This document shows positions 22,655 to 32,514 of a DNA stretch of 62,975 nt, piece after piece. This DNA comes from an uncultured Anaerolineales bacterium (GTDB taxonomy: Bacteria > Chloroflexota > Anaerolineae > B4-G1), in assembly GCA_964450435.1 (NCBI GenBank), contig CAYVCX010000004.1, positions 32,982-95,956 on the forward strand, read 5' to 3'. The position numbers and the translations under genes are program-made. The notes beneath the pieces were generated by a model. It worked only from the letters and a program-made list of their open reading frames with translations. It searched no databases and was not told the origin of the DNA. Positions within the stretch are counted from its first letter, which is position 1. Each line of letters opens with the position of its first letter.

Positions 22655-23455
22655 ATGGTCCGACGTGTCGCGGGGGCGTCGTTGGTTCTGCTTGGAGCCG
22701 TGGGTATCCTGCTCAGCAGCCTGGCTGGCGTGCAAGTCTGGCGGACGGCTCGGCAGGTCACAGCGGTCGTCAACGACACCTTGTTCCTGGTGTCGAAGAC
22801 CCTTGACGACCTCGACTACTCGCTGGGGGTAACCTCAGAGACGCTGACTGGCGCTGCAATTGCCGTGGACGGAGTCTACACCACCTCACTTGAGATTAGT
22901 GAGGCACTGGACAGCACGCGATTCACAGTGGACGAGATGGCGAGCCTAGCTGCAGACGATCTGCCGCGGAGCATTGAATCCTCGCTGGTGGCACTGGAAG
23001 CGTTGGAGGAGACAGCCGCGGTAATTGACCAGCTGCTGCGCGGCTTCCAGCGGCTCGGTGTGGGGAGCTACGATCCGGAGATCCCTCTCGACCAGGCTGT
23101 TTCCGACACTCGGGCAGGGCTAGAGCCCGTGCCGAGCAGCCTGCACACGATGGCAGCAGGACTGGAGCAGACGAGCGCAAATCTGGAGGGAGTTCAAGAG
23201 GGAATGGCCCTGATGGGGGACCATATGGTAGGCATCCGAGAGAATCTGATCTCTGCCGAGGAGGCCATCAGCAGCCACCGTCAAACCATGCAGCAGTTCC
23301 AAGAACACGTACGAAGCGTCGACCGGAATGTCGATCACCCGATCCGAACTGTGGCCTGGGGAGCAACGATCCTGCTAATCTGGATCGGCCTCTCGCAGCT
23401 GGCCATCATCCGCTGGGGTGCGAGCCTGTGGAGGACAGGCGGCCCGAATCTCTGA
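22655..23455 (+). CDS. Hypothetical membrane protein (2 TMs flanking a helical/coiled domain)
   Basis: Hydrophobic N- and C-terminal segments, helical core, AGGAG RBS. Confidence 0.7.
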   Translation: MVRRVAGASLVLLGAVGILLSSLAGVQVWRTARQVTAVVNDTLFLVSKTLDDLDYSLGVTSETLTGAAIAVDGVYTTSLEISEALDSTRFTVDEMASLAADDLPRSIESSLVALEALEETAAVIDQLLRGFQRLGVGSYDPEIPLDQAVSDTRAGLEPVPSSLHTMAAGLEQTSANLEGVQEGMALMGDHMVGIRENLISAEEAISSHRQTMQQFQEHVRSVDRNVDHPIRTVAWGATILLIWIGLSQLAIIRWGASLWRTGGPNL

Positions 23456-23585
23456 GCCCGTCGGAGCCAGGCGTCGAGCGCGAGAGTATGGGGCTTTGCG
23501 TTCCAGGAGCCCTTGACATACAATGTGTTGTATCCCGCAACCCGAGAGCAGACCCTTCACTGGCAACGTTGACAAGGAGAGAAAC

Positions 23586-24095
23586 ATGATGGGCATACGG
23601 ACTGTCGCAGACTTGATGGCTATCTCCGCGCGCACTGCGCCAAAGGCAGCTGGTCGAGATTTCATCGCCGTCGAGATTGTCGAGGGATCAGACTTGCGGA
23701 GACTCGGCGAGGCGATGGCTAGCTACGGCGAACGGAGTGGCAAGCCTGACTTCGATCGTGATGGTGCAAACGTGCGCAACTCGGCGGCACTGGTACTCAT
23801 CGGACTGAAGGACGCCGACGTCCTTGGTCTGGACTGCGCTGCCTGTGGCAGCCTGACCTGCATCGAGCCAAACAGCGTCGAGGGCGAGTTCCGGGGACCG
23901 AACTGTGCTTTGCGCCTGTTGGATCTGGGCATTGCGCTGGGCTCGGCGGTAAAGACCGCAGGCATGCTCAACGTTGATAACCGGATTATGTACCGGGCTG
24001 GTGTCGTGGCACGAGAGATGGGCTTGATTGACGCCGACTTCGTGATGGGCATTCCGGTCGCAGCCGCTGGCAAGTCGATATACTTCGATCGCTAA
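23586..24095 (+). CDS. DUF2148 ferredoxin-domain protein
   Basis: ARTAPK, RDG.NV, CAACG...C, C...DLGIALGSA, DNRIMY, KSIYFDR. Confidence 0.85.
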   Translation: MMGIRTVADLMAISARTAPKAAGRDFIAVEIVEGSDLRRLGEAMASYGERSGKPDFDRDGANVRNSAALVLIGLKDADVLGLDCAACGSLTCIEPNSVEGEFRGPNCALRLLDLGIALGSAVKTAGMLNVDNRIMYRAGVVAREMGLIDADFVMGIPVAAAGKSIYFDR

Positions 24096-24409
24096 CCAGC
24101 CTGGCCAAGTTGTATCCCGGAGGTGGGATTTCGCTCCTGCTGCGCAATCTGCCTCTCAACAGAGGACGCACGTATGCAGAAGAGCAGATGGCCTACTGAC
24201 GGTTCCTGCAGTCAACCGTTCCAGAGATACGTCGGAGGCGCCGATCCTAACGCGGGCAGCGTGTTTGGACGCGCTCGCAGCAGAGGTGCAGCTCGCACTC
24301 AGCAACAGCCTGAGATCGCTCGGACTCCAAGGAGGTGATCCCCCGAACATGCAGCAGGCAAACCAGCTTGCATCTGGTTTTGACGCACTAGACCAAGGAG
24401 GTAGACGGT

Positions 24410-25561
24410 ATGATCCGAGATGTTGCCATCGTAGGCGCAGGCTGGAGCGGCTTTCGCTCTATCACGCCTGACCTCTCGTATAAGGAGTTGATGTACGACG
24501 CGGCCGTTCAGGCCTACGAGGATGCGGGAATCGATCCTCGTCGCGATGTCGGCAGCTTCGTTGCCGTCGGCGAAGACTACAACGAGGGTACCAGCATCTG
24601 TGACGAGTATGTGCCTGATCAGCTCGGTGCCCTGCATCGCCCGGTGCAGACTATCGCTGGCGAGGGCATTCAGGGGCTGGCGGCAGCCGTGATGCAGATC
24701 CTGACTGGCCAGTTCGACGTCGTGGTCGTGGAGGCACACAGCAAGGCCTCCAACATCCTGACGCTGCCCTACGTTCTTGCATTCGCTATGGACCCCGTGT
24801 TCAACCGCCCCCTGGCTGCCCATCCATATGCCATAGCAGGGCTAGAGATGTTGCGCTATCTGGCTGAGACGGCCACGAGTCACGAAGAGTGCGCCGCTGT
24901 CGTGGCCAAGAACCGTAACAACGCCCTGTTGAACCCTCTCGCAGGGTTTGGGGCTGCAATCTCACTGGACGACGTTCTCAACTCCGAGCCGATCGCCGAG
25001 CCACTGACCCGCCTGGAGTGTGCAGGCCACAGCGACGGCTCGATTGTGTTCGTGGTTGCGGCGGGCGAGACAGCCCGTGCCCTGACCGATAACCCGATCT
25101 GGATCCGGGGCGTTGGATGGGCGAATGACACCTACTGGCTAGAGAGCCGCCCGTGGGGCGACGCCCGCTACGCCCGGGCCGCCGGTGAAATGGCGTTTCG
25201 CACCGCTGGGATCAGGAGTCCGCGGGAGGAGATTGATCTCGCGGAGATAGATGATACGTTTGCCTACAAGGAGTTGCAGCATCTGGAATCACTGGGGTTG
25301 TGCCCCCCAGGTGCCGCCGGAGAGTGGACTATCAACGGTGGCACGGCACTCGACGGCGAGTTCCCGGTTAATCCGTCAGGTGGTGCCTTGGGCGAGGGAC
25401 ACCTGCTCGATGCCACCGGTCTTGCCCGCGTGCTTGAGGTTGTAATCCAACTGCGGGGCGAGGCTGGACAGAGACAGATCGACGGCGCCGAGGTTGGGCT
25501 GGCCTTTGGTTGGCGCGGCGTGCCCACCACCGCTGGTGCGGCCGTCGTCCTGAGCAATTAG
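24410..25561 (+). CDS. Thiolase-fold (SCP2-type) protein lacking catalytic cysteines
   Basis: VAIVGAG, KNR.NA..NP, SDG, EIDDTF, VNPSGG.LG.GH; no C-S/G-S nucleophile motif and no C-terminal CxG. Confidence 0.85.
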   Translation: MIRDVAIVGAGWSGFRSITPDLSYKELMYDAAVQAYEDAGIDPRRDVGSFVAVGEDYNEGTSICDEYVPDQLGALHRPVQTIAGEGIQGLAAAVMQILTGQFDVVVVEAHSKASNILTLPYVLAFAMDPVFNRPLAAHPYAIAGLEMLRYLAETATSHEECAAVVAKNRNNALLNPLAGFGAAISLDDVLNSEPIAEPLTRLECAGHSDGSIVFVVAAGETARALTDNPIWIRGVGWANDTYWLESRPWGDARYARAAGEMAFRTAGIRSPREEIDLAEIDDTFAYKELQHLESLGLCPPGAAGEWTINGGTALDGEFPVNPSGGALGEGHLLDATGLARVLEVVIQLRGEAGQRQIDGAEVGLAFGWRGVPTTAGAAVVLSN

Positions 25562-25571
25562 GAGGCGTACC

Positions 25572-26738
25572 ATGAACGGAAATCGCGTTGCTGTCGTGGG
25601 CGCGGGGATGACCAAGTTCGTTCGCCGCGCGCAGGAGACGCCCAAGGAACTCTCGTGGGAGGCTGCCCACCTGGCGCTTGCATCCTGCGAGATGACGATC
25701 GATGACATTGATGCCGTAGTAATCGGAACCGCGCCCGATGCCTTTGACGGGGTTCATATGAAGAGCGAGTACCTCTCCGATGGATGTGGGGGCTGGGGAA
25801 AGCCCGTGATCCGGGGTTACGTGGGGGGAGGGACTGGCGTCTTCGCCGCAATCCAGGGCTGGTACCACGTGGCGAGCGGCCTGTTCGACACCGTTCTGGT
25901 GGTGTGTGAGGAGAAGATGTCCTCCTGCCAGCCACACCCTCAGGCCGCGTTCCTTACCATCTTCGACCACACCACCGAGCGACCTCTGAAGCCGAACCTC
26001 CTGTGGATCTTCGCCCTGGAGATGAACGCCTACATGACCCGGTATGGGCTCAGCAAGCGGGACATCGCCACAGTCTCCGTGAAGAACAAACGAAATGCGG
26101 CGGACCATCCGGCGGCGCTATTGGGCGATCCCAACATAACCGTGGAGGACGTACTCCAATCGCCGGTCCTGGCGTGGCCCGTCCAGCGGCTGGACGTCAG
26201 CCCGGTCACGGATGGCGCTGTCGCACTGGTGATGAGCGCCAATCACGTAGCCCGGCGTGTGACTCCGAAGCCCGTGTGGATCGAGGGTGTCGGGTGGAAT
26301 CTGGACACCGCCTACTGGACCAACCGAGATCTCTCGTACCCCGTGTACGTCGAGGAGGCAGCGCGGATGGCGTACGAGATGGCTGGCATCACCGAGCCTC
26401 GGAAGCAGATTCACATTGCGGAACCGTATGATCCCTTTGACTACAAGGAATTGCACCATCTCGAAGGGTTGATGCTGTTCGACCGAGGAGAGGCACCGAG
26501 AGCCGCTGCCGATGGTATCACGCAGCGCGATGGCGATCTACCGGTCTGTCCCTCCGGCGGTCTGCTCGGCGTGGGGAACCCCATCGCCGCGGCCGGGCTG
26601 ATGAAGGTGGCCGAGATATTCTGGCAGCTGAGGGGTGACGCGGGCACTCGTCAGGTCCCTGGCAATCCCAAGCGTGGCCTGGCCCAGGCGTGGGGCGACC
26701 TCATGCAGGTAGGTACAGTGGTCGTGATGGGAATCTGA
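25572..26738 (+). CDS. Thiolase-fold (SCP2-type) protein lacking catalytic cysteines
   Basis: VAVVGAGMTKF, YVGGGTG at the nucleophile position, KNKRNA, TDGA, EPYDPF, PSGGLLG.GNP. Confidence 0.88.
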   Translation: MNGNRVAVVGAGMTKFVRRAQETPKELSWEAAHLALASCEMTIDDIDAVVIGTAPDAFDGVHMKSEYLSDGCGGWGKPVIRGYVGGGTGVFAAIQGWYHVASGLFDTVLVVCEEKMSSCQPHPQAAFLTIFDHTTERPLKPNLLWIFALEMNAYMTRYGLSKRDIATVSVKNKRNAADHPAALLGDPNITVEDVLQSPVLAWPVQRLDVSPVTDGAVALVMSANHVARRVTPKPVWIEGVGWNLDTAYWTNRDLSYPVYVEEAARMAYEMAGITEPRKQIHIAEPYDPFDYKELHHLEGLMLFDRGEAPRAAADGITQRDGDLPVCPSGGLLGVGNPIAAAGLMKVAEIFWQLRGDAGTRQVPGNPKRGLAQAWGDLMQVGTVVVMGI

Positions 26739-26812
26739 AGCTGAAGGAAACGAGGTAGCCTCGGTGGAGGCACCGCGAATCCCGCCATCATCTTGGAATG
26801 AGGAGATACAAC

Positions 26813-27319
26813 ATGGAAGAGTTCGTATACGACAGCGTCTACCTTCGCGGCGACGATTTCCTGGAAAGGCGCGTTCTCTTTGAGACCTGGGATCCCAACG
26901 CGAGATATGCCTGGGACGGGGGAATCGCCATCAGCCGCTACTTGCAGGAGCTCAAGGCTGGTCGTCTGATCGGGCGCAGCTGTCCAGAATGTAACCGCGT
27001 GCTGGTTCCACCGCGCATGTTCTGCGAGTCGTGCTTCTGCCCCACCGATAGGTGGGTTCCGTTGGAGGACACCGGCACCGTGATCACGTTCTCGAGGTGT
27101 TACATAACCTGGGATATGGTCAAGTTGGAGGAGCCGCAGATGCCGGCCGTGATTGAGATCGACGGTGCATCCCCGGGAATGGGCATCATGCATATGCTGG
27201 GCGAGGTTGACCCAGACGCGCTCGAGATCGGCATGCGTGTGCGCGCTGTGTGGAGACCTGTGGAGGAACGCACCGGCTCCGTCACCGATATCGCCTACTT
27301 CAAACCGGTGGTCAGTTGA
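26813..27319 (+). CDS. DUF35 Zn-ribbon/OB-fold acyl-CoA-binding protein
   Basis: CPEC..PPR.FCESC, GTV.TFS, IGMRV.AVW...R.GS.TDI.YF. Confidence 0.9.
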   Translation: MEEFVYDSVYLRGDDFLERRVLFETWDPNARYAWDGGIAISRYLQELKAGRLIGRSCPECNRVLVPPRMFCESCFCPTDRWVPLEDTGTVITFSRCYITWDMVKLEEPQMPAVIEIDGASPGMGIMHMLGEVDPDALEIGMRVRAVWRPVEERTGSVTDIAYFKPVVS

Positions 27320-27343
27320 GGGGCTAGCTACAGGAGGGCAGAG

Positions 27344-27817
27344 ATGAGCTTGCTGCACCGCATCGAGCACCCAGACGACGCTTTGAACTGGCACGGAGAC
27401 TTGCCCACGGAGGGCCGATACACGGCAGGAATCGCTGGCGAAAGGTTCTTCCGGGAGATCAAGGAGAACGGTCGGTTCGTGGCGACCGTCTGCCTTGACT
27501 GTGATATCACCTACATGCCACCCCGCCTGTACTGCGAGCAGTGTTTCGGCCAACTGGACGAATGGGTCGACGTGCGTCCTCGTGGGCGTGTGCATACGTT
27601 CACGGTGGTTCACCGTGACCTGGACGACGAGCTGCTCCCAGAACCTAAGATCATGGGCTTCGTGACCCTGGACGACACAGATGGGGGTCTGGTGCATTAC
27701 CTTGACGAGGTAGATCCCGAAGATGTCTACCTGGGGATGGAAGTCGAGGCTGTCCTCAAGGCGGAACGGGAGCGCGAGGGAAGCATTACCGACATCGAGT
27801 ACTTCCGGCCTGCGTAG
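27344..27817 (+). CDS. DUF35 Zn-ribbon/OB-fold acyl-CoA-binding protein
   Basis: CLDC..PPR.YCEQC, G.V.TFT, GMEVEAV...R.GSITDI.YF. Confidence 0.9.
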   Translation: MSLLHRIEHPDDALNWHGDLPTEGRYTAGIAGERFFREIKENGRFVATVCLDCDITYMPPRLYCEQCFGQLDEWVDVRPRGRVHTFTVVHRDLDDELLPEPKIMGFVTLDDTDGGLVHYLDEVDPEDVYLGMEVEAVLKAEREREGSITDIEYFRPA

Positions 27818-27912
27818 AGAGCGACAGATGGTCGCACAAGCCTGGGTGGGTGGCCACCCTTGATCTGGTGGTCCCTTATGGAGCAGCCCACCACTGTATC
27901 GCAGGGTACCTC

Positions 27913-29941
27913 ATGAACACCCTCGTGCGCAATGCCTACCGGCGCTTCAGGGAGTCGGAGACCGCGGTGATGCTCACGATGGGCTTGCTCGTCGGGGGGG
28001 GGCAGCGGTTTCGGCGCTATAGTCTTCCGCTGGCTTGTCGAGGTCGCCGAGGTGTTCTTTTTTCATACTCTCCAGGAGTGGCTCGGTTTCCTGGGGCCCT
28101 ACGCCCTCGTCATTGCGCCGATTGCCGGCGGCGGGCTGGTCGGCTTGCTGATTCACTTCTCAAGTCCCGAATCGGCGGGGCCTGGGGTAGCGCACGTAAT
28201 GGAGGCTCTCACTCTACGCGGTGGGCGTATCCGCCCCATCGTCATCGCAGCGAAGCCCCTCGCCACCGCAATCACCATCGGCAGCGGCGGATCGGCGGGA
28301 ACGGTGGGGCCCATCGTCCAGATCGGGTCTGCTGTTGGCTCCGCCTTGAGTCAGTTGGCCCGCCTCTCCGACAATCGAACCAAAAGCCTCGTCGCCGCGG
28401 GGGCTGCAGCAGGGCTCGCTGCTACCTTCAACGCGCCGCTGGCCGGGGTAATGTTCGCCGTTGAGGTCCTTCTGGCCAAGTTCGAGTTAGTCCAATTCAC
28501 CAGCGTGGTTATCGCCCCTGTCATTGCCAGCGTCATCGGCCACGCTTACTTCGGCGATGCGCCCGCGTTTGGGCTGCCCGCTTTCGCTCCTCCCCGTGCC
28601 TGGGAGCTGCCGATCTATGGTCTACTGGGTGTCTGCGCTGCCTGCGTCGGCGTCGCCTTCACCCGGGCTCTGTACTGGGTCGACGACGTCTTCCAAGACC
28701 TGGCGTTCCCACCGTACCTGAAGCCGGCAGCTGGTGGGATTGCGGTGGGGGTTATCGGCCTACGGTTCCCACAGATCTTCGGCGTCGGCTACGACTCGGT
28801 CGAGGCAGTAGCTTTCAACCGCCTGACACTGGCAAGCCTGGTCTTCCTTGGCCTTCTCAAACTGGCAGCCAGCTCGGTAACCATCGGCTCAGGTGGCTCG
28901 GGAGGCATATTTGGGCCATCACTGTTCCTGGGGGCAATGCTGGGAGGCGTTTTCGGGCAACTAGTGCATCGTGCGGCCCCCGCGAGTCCGGTTCGGGCAG
29001 CTTATGCTCTGGTAGGTATGTCGGCCGTGGTTGGCGCTGCCATCCGCGCTCCGATTACGGCTAGTTTGATGCTGTTCGAGATGAGCCGCGACTACAATGC
29101 GATTCTGCCTTTGATGCTCGCCACGGTCATCAGCGCTGTGGTGGCCCGTCACTTGTTCAGCGAGAGCATCTTCACGGTCAAGCTCAGTCGACAGGGGATA
29201 GACGTCCACGCCGGCAAGGATCTAGACTTGATGAGCACGATCCTCGTCAGAGAGGCAATGACATCGATAGAGGACATGTCGACGGTGGCCCCCGACACGC
29301 CGCTGACAGAGCTGGCGCGTCTCTTCGACGAGACACACCATCACGGCCTGGTCGTGACCGATCAACATGGTCGGCTGCAGGGTGTGGTCACCCTGGACGA
29401 TTTGGAGCGGGCTCAGGCGCAACAACAGATGAGCGGGGAAGTCAGAGACATCCACACCACAAACGTGCACACCGTATTCCCCGATCAGACGCTGGAGCGA
29501 GCCCTGCGCCACTTCGGCGCTCTGGACGTCGGCCGTGTGCCGGTCGTCGACCGCGGCCGACCAACCCAGGTCCTTGGGGTTCTCCGTCGCGGCGACATCG
29601 TACGCGCTTACTCCCGCGCCTACACGGACGAACAAGCCCGACTGGAGTACGTGAACCGGGCCAGGCTTGAGCGTCGAACCAGCGAGAATACATTGGAGTT
29701 CAGGCTGCGGGAGCGTGACCAAGGGGTGGGTAGAACACTCCAGGAACTAGATCTGCCCCCAGGATGTCTGGTGGTGTCCATCCGTCGCGGTGGGCGGACC
29801 CTCATCCCGAAGGGCAGCACACGGTTTGAGGCGGGGGACCGAGTGGTGGTGCTGGCCCCCGCCGAGGACGAAGGAGCTCTACGGAATCTCCTGACCGGCC
29901 CCAGAGGCAGTGGGCGCGCCGACAGGCCAGGAGATAGCTGA
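27913..29941 (+). pseudogene. ClC-family anion transporter with CBS pair and TrkA-C domain; frameshifted at a G9 tract (possible sequencing error or phase variation)
   Basis: The ORF from ATG 27913 (MNTLV...GLLVGGG) joins the 28052-29941 frame (GSGFGAIVFRWL...) if the G9 at 27994-28002 is G8; FNAPLAG, GGSGGIF, CBS and RCK_C motifs. Confidence 0.85.
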
Positions 29942-30019
29942 CTGCAGCCAGGGTGATATGCCAGCGTCGCAGAAGAGACGTGGGACCACCCGTATGGAAG
30001 AGAAACGACAGCTAAGAGT

Positions 30020-30350
30020 CACGGCCCTGTTCTCATCGCACGCGGCGATGCCGGGGAAATCGCTGAAGGAATGGGCGACTCCATCACCGGGTGGGACCGG
30101 CTCGTCTTCGTAGGGCAGGTGTCGGCGCCGTGGAAGCTTCTGTGCGCACGCTGGAGGACGACCCGCCGTTCAATGCAGGCTTCAGTTCTGTCGTGAACAG
30201 CAAGGGGGTGATCGAGCTGGACGCACTCATCACGGATGGCAGCGACCTCAATCTCGGCGCTGTGACAGGCGTCGGGCGTCTACCCACCCCGGTCAGCCTG
30301 GGCCAGCTGGTGTTGGCTGTCTGCCATCACAGTATTCTCGCCTCTCAGGG
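30020..30350 (+). pseudogene. Isoaspartyl peptidase/L-asparaginase (Ntn hydrolase) remnant
   Basis: PVLIARGDAG in one frame, then AVEASVRTLEDDPPFNAG..ELDALITDG..GAV in another; truncated before the catalytic Thr; boundaries approximate. Confidence 0.75.
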
Positions 30351-30650
30351 AGAAGAGGCGGGCCCATCGCGCTGGGCAAAGGAGGCTATGTCGCCTCTGC
30401 GGACAGCACTTCATGTCTGGCCTGCACAGCCATTGGGCGAGGCGGGATCACCAGCGGCATCCAGGTCTGAGTCGTCGCCTCGGGCGCCAATCTCTGGCTC
30501 GGTCAGAACTCAAATGGTTATGCTGGACGATGATTTTCCGGGCCACGTGGTGCGAGCGGGACTCGGGGCCTTTATAGGGCAGGGCGATTGTGACGCCAGG
30601 ATTTCAGAACCCCTTTCTCGTTACGCGACCCGGCATTTGGAGGTGTGATC

Positions 30651-31673
30651 ATGGATGTTCTACACGAAGGACAAGGCGAGCTAGTCGGCTGGCACGACCC
30701 GGACGAGCACCGCGCCTGGGTCGCTGAGCATAAGTCGCGCGCCTTGCAGGACAAGCGGACCACAGTGGAGGAAGCTATTAAGGAGTATGTGAATAATGGA
30801 GATCTCATCGCATGTGGAGGATTTGGGCATATCCGGGTCTCCATGGCCTCTATCTACGAGATCATCCGGCAACGAAAAAGAGACCTCACTCTCTGCGGGA
30901 AGACAGGCGTCCACGACGCAGACTTGCTCATTGCGGCCGGGTGTGTCAGCAGAATCGAGGTGGCCTACGCCTTTGGGCACGAGTTGCGGGGCCTCTCGCC
31001 GGCCTCGCGCCGTGCCGCCGAGAGCGGCCGCTGCGAGGTGGTGGGCGAGCTCAGCAACGCAGCCTATCAGTGGCGCTTCTTGGCTGCTGCCATGGGATTG
31101 CCGTTCATCCCCAGCCGGGTGATGCTCGGGACCGACACGCTGGAGCATAGTTCGGCGAAGGTTGTTGAGGATCCATTCACAGGGAAGCCAATTGCGCTCC
31201 TACCTGCCTGCTATCCAGATGTAGTGCTGATGCACGTACACCGGTGCGACAGGTACGGCAACTCCCAGATCGACGGTATCGTCATAGAGGACTTTGAACT
31301 GGCCCGGGCGGCCCGGCGCCTGTTGGTCACGACCGAGGAAATAGTCGATGGTGACGTCATCCGACAATCGCCGCAAGACACCATCATCCCCTACTATCTG
31401 GTGGACACGGTCACTGAAGTACCTTATGGCGCCCATCCAACCCTGATGCCTGGGTCCTACTACTTTGACGAACAACACATCGGAGAGTGGCTAACGCTGT
31501 CGAAGACCGACGCAGGCGCCGACGAGTACTTCACGCGCTACGTGCACGATATGGACGACTTTGGCGCATACCTCGACCTGGTGGGCGGCGCCGGTCAGAT
31601 GGAGTACCTGCGTAAGGTAGAGCATCTCGAGGCCCCACTGGAAGCCCCTTGGCTAGAGGAGAAGCGAAAATGA
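30651..31673 (+). CDS. Family I CoA-transferase subunit A (GctA-like)
   Basis: GD.IA.GGF, AAAMGLPF.P, DV.LMH...D.YGN, VPYGAHP. Confidence 0.88.
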   Translation: MDVLHEGQGELVGWHDPDEHRAWVAEHKSRALQDKRTTVEEAIKEYVNNGDLIACGGFGHIRVSMASIYEIIRQRKRDLTLCGKTGVHDADLLIAAGCVSRIEVAYAFGHELRGLSPASRRAAESGRCEVVGELSNAAYQWRFLAAAMGLPFIPSRVMLGTDTLEHSSAKVVEDPFTGKPIALLPACYPDVVLMHVHRCDRYGNSQIDGIVIEDFELARAARRLLVTTEEIVDGDVIRQSPQDTIIPYYLVDTVTEVPYGAHPTLMPGSYYFDEQHIGEWLTLSKTDAGADEYFTRYVHDMDDFGAYLDLVGGAGQMEYLRKVEHLEAPLEAPWLEEKRK

Positions 31674-32437
31674 GCGAACAGTACACTCCCACAGAGTTGC
31701 TCGCGTACGTGGCAGCAGGGCTGCTCGAGGACAACAGCTCAGTCTTTGTCGGTACGGGTCTGCCGATGATTGCCGCTATGCTGGCCCAGCGAACCCATGC
31801 ACCGAACCTGCTCGTCATCTTTGAAGCTGGAGGGATCGGCCCCCAGGTTCCCGTGCTTCCCATCTCCGTTGGTGACAGCCGCACATTCCATCGTGCTGTC
31901 TCAGCTTCGAGTATGCACGACGTGATGTCGGCGAGCCAGGCGGGCTACGTCGACTACGGCTTCCTTGGCGCTGCCCAGATCGACCCCTACGGAAACCTGA
32001 ATACCACAGTTATCGGCGACTGGAAGCACCCGACGGTTCGGTTTCCTGGAAGCGGGGGCGCGAACGACGTTGGATCGCTCTGCTGGCGAACGATCGTCGT
32101 CATGCGGCAGGATCCGCGCCGATTCGTGGAGAAGCTCGAGTTCGTCACGACCGCAGGGTATCTGGATGGGGCGGGAGCCCGCGACCGGGCCGGGCTCCCG
32201 ATTGGGACCGGTCCCTATCGGGTGATCACCCAGCTGGGCTTATTCGGCTTCGAGGAGAAGACCAGGCGAATGCAGTTGCTGGCCACCCATCCGGGTGTCT
32301 CGGTGAGGGCCGTCCAAGACGCGACGGGCTTCGATCTGATCATACCCGATGATGTGGCCGTGAGCCCCGCCCCTCCCCGCGATGTGCTTGAAACTATGCG
32401 TGAAATCGATCCGACCGGGATGGTCATCGCCAAGTAG
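31670..32437 (+). CDS. Family I CoA-transferase subunit B (GctB-like)
   Basis: FVGTGLP, IFEAG (catalytic Glu), GAAQID.YGN.N, PGSGGAND. Confidence 0.88.
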   Translation: MSEQYTPTELLAYVAAGLLEDNSSVFVGTGLPMIAAMLAQRTHAPNLLVIFEAGGIGPQVPVLPISVGDSRTFHRAVSASSMHDVMSASQAGYVDYGFLGAAQIDPYGNLNTTVIGDWKHPTVRFPGSGGANDVGSLCWRTIVVMRQDPRRFVEKLEFVTTAGYLDGAGARDRAGLPIGTGPYRVITQLGLFGFEEKTRRMQLLATHPGVSVRAVQDATGFDLIIPDDVAVSPAPPRDVLETMREIDPTGMVIAK

Positions 32438-32514
32438 GAGTTCTCAGCTAGGGGGCGCGATCAGGATGGGCGGCGCGGCTGGATTAGGGACCGGCTACAC
32501 GAAGGAGTTATACG

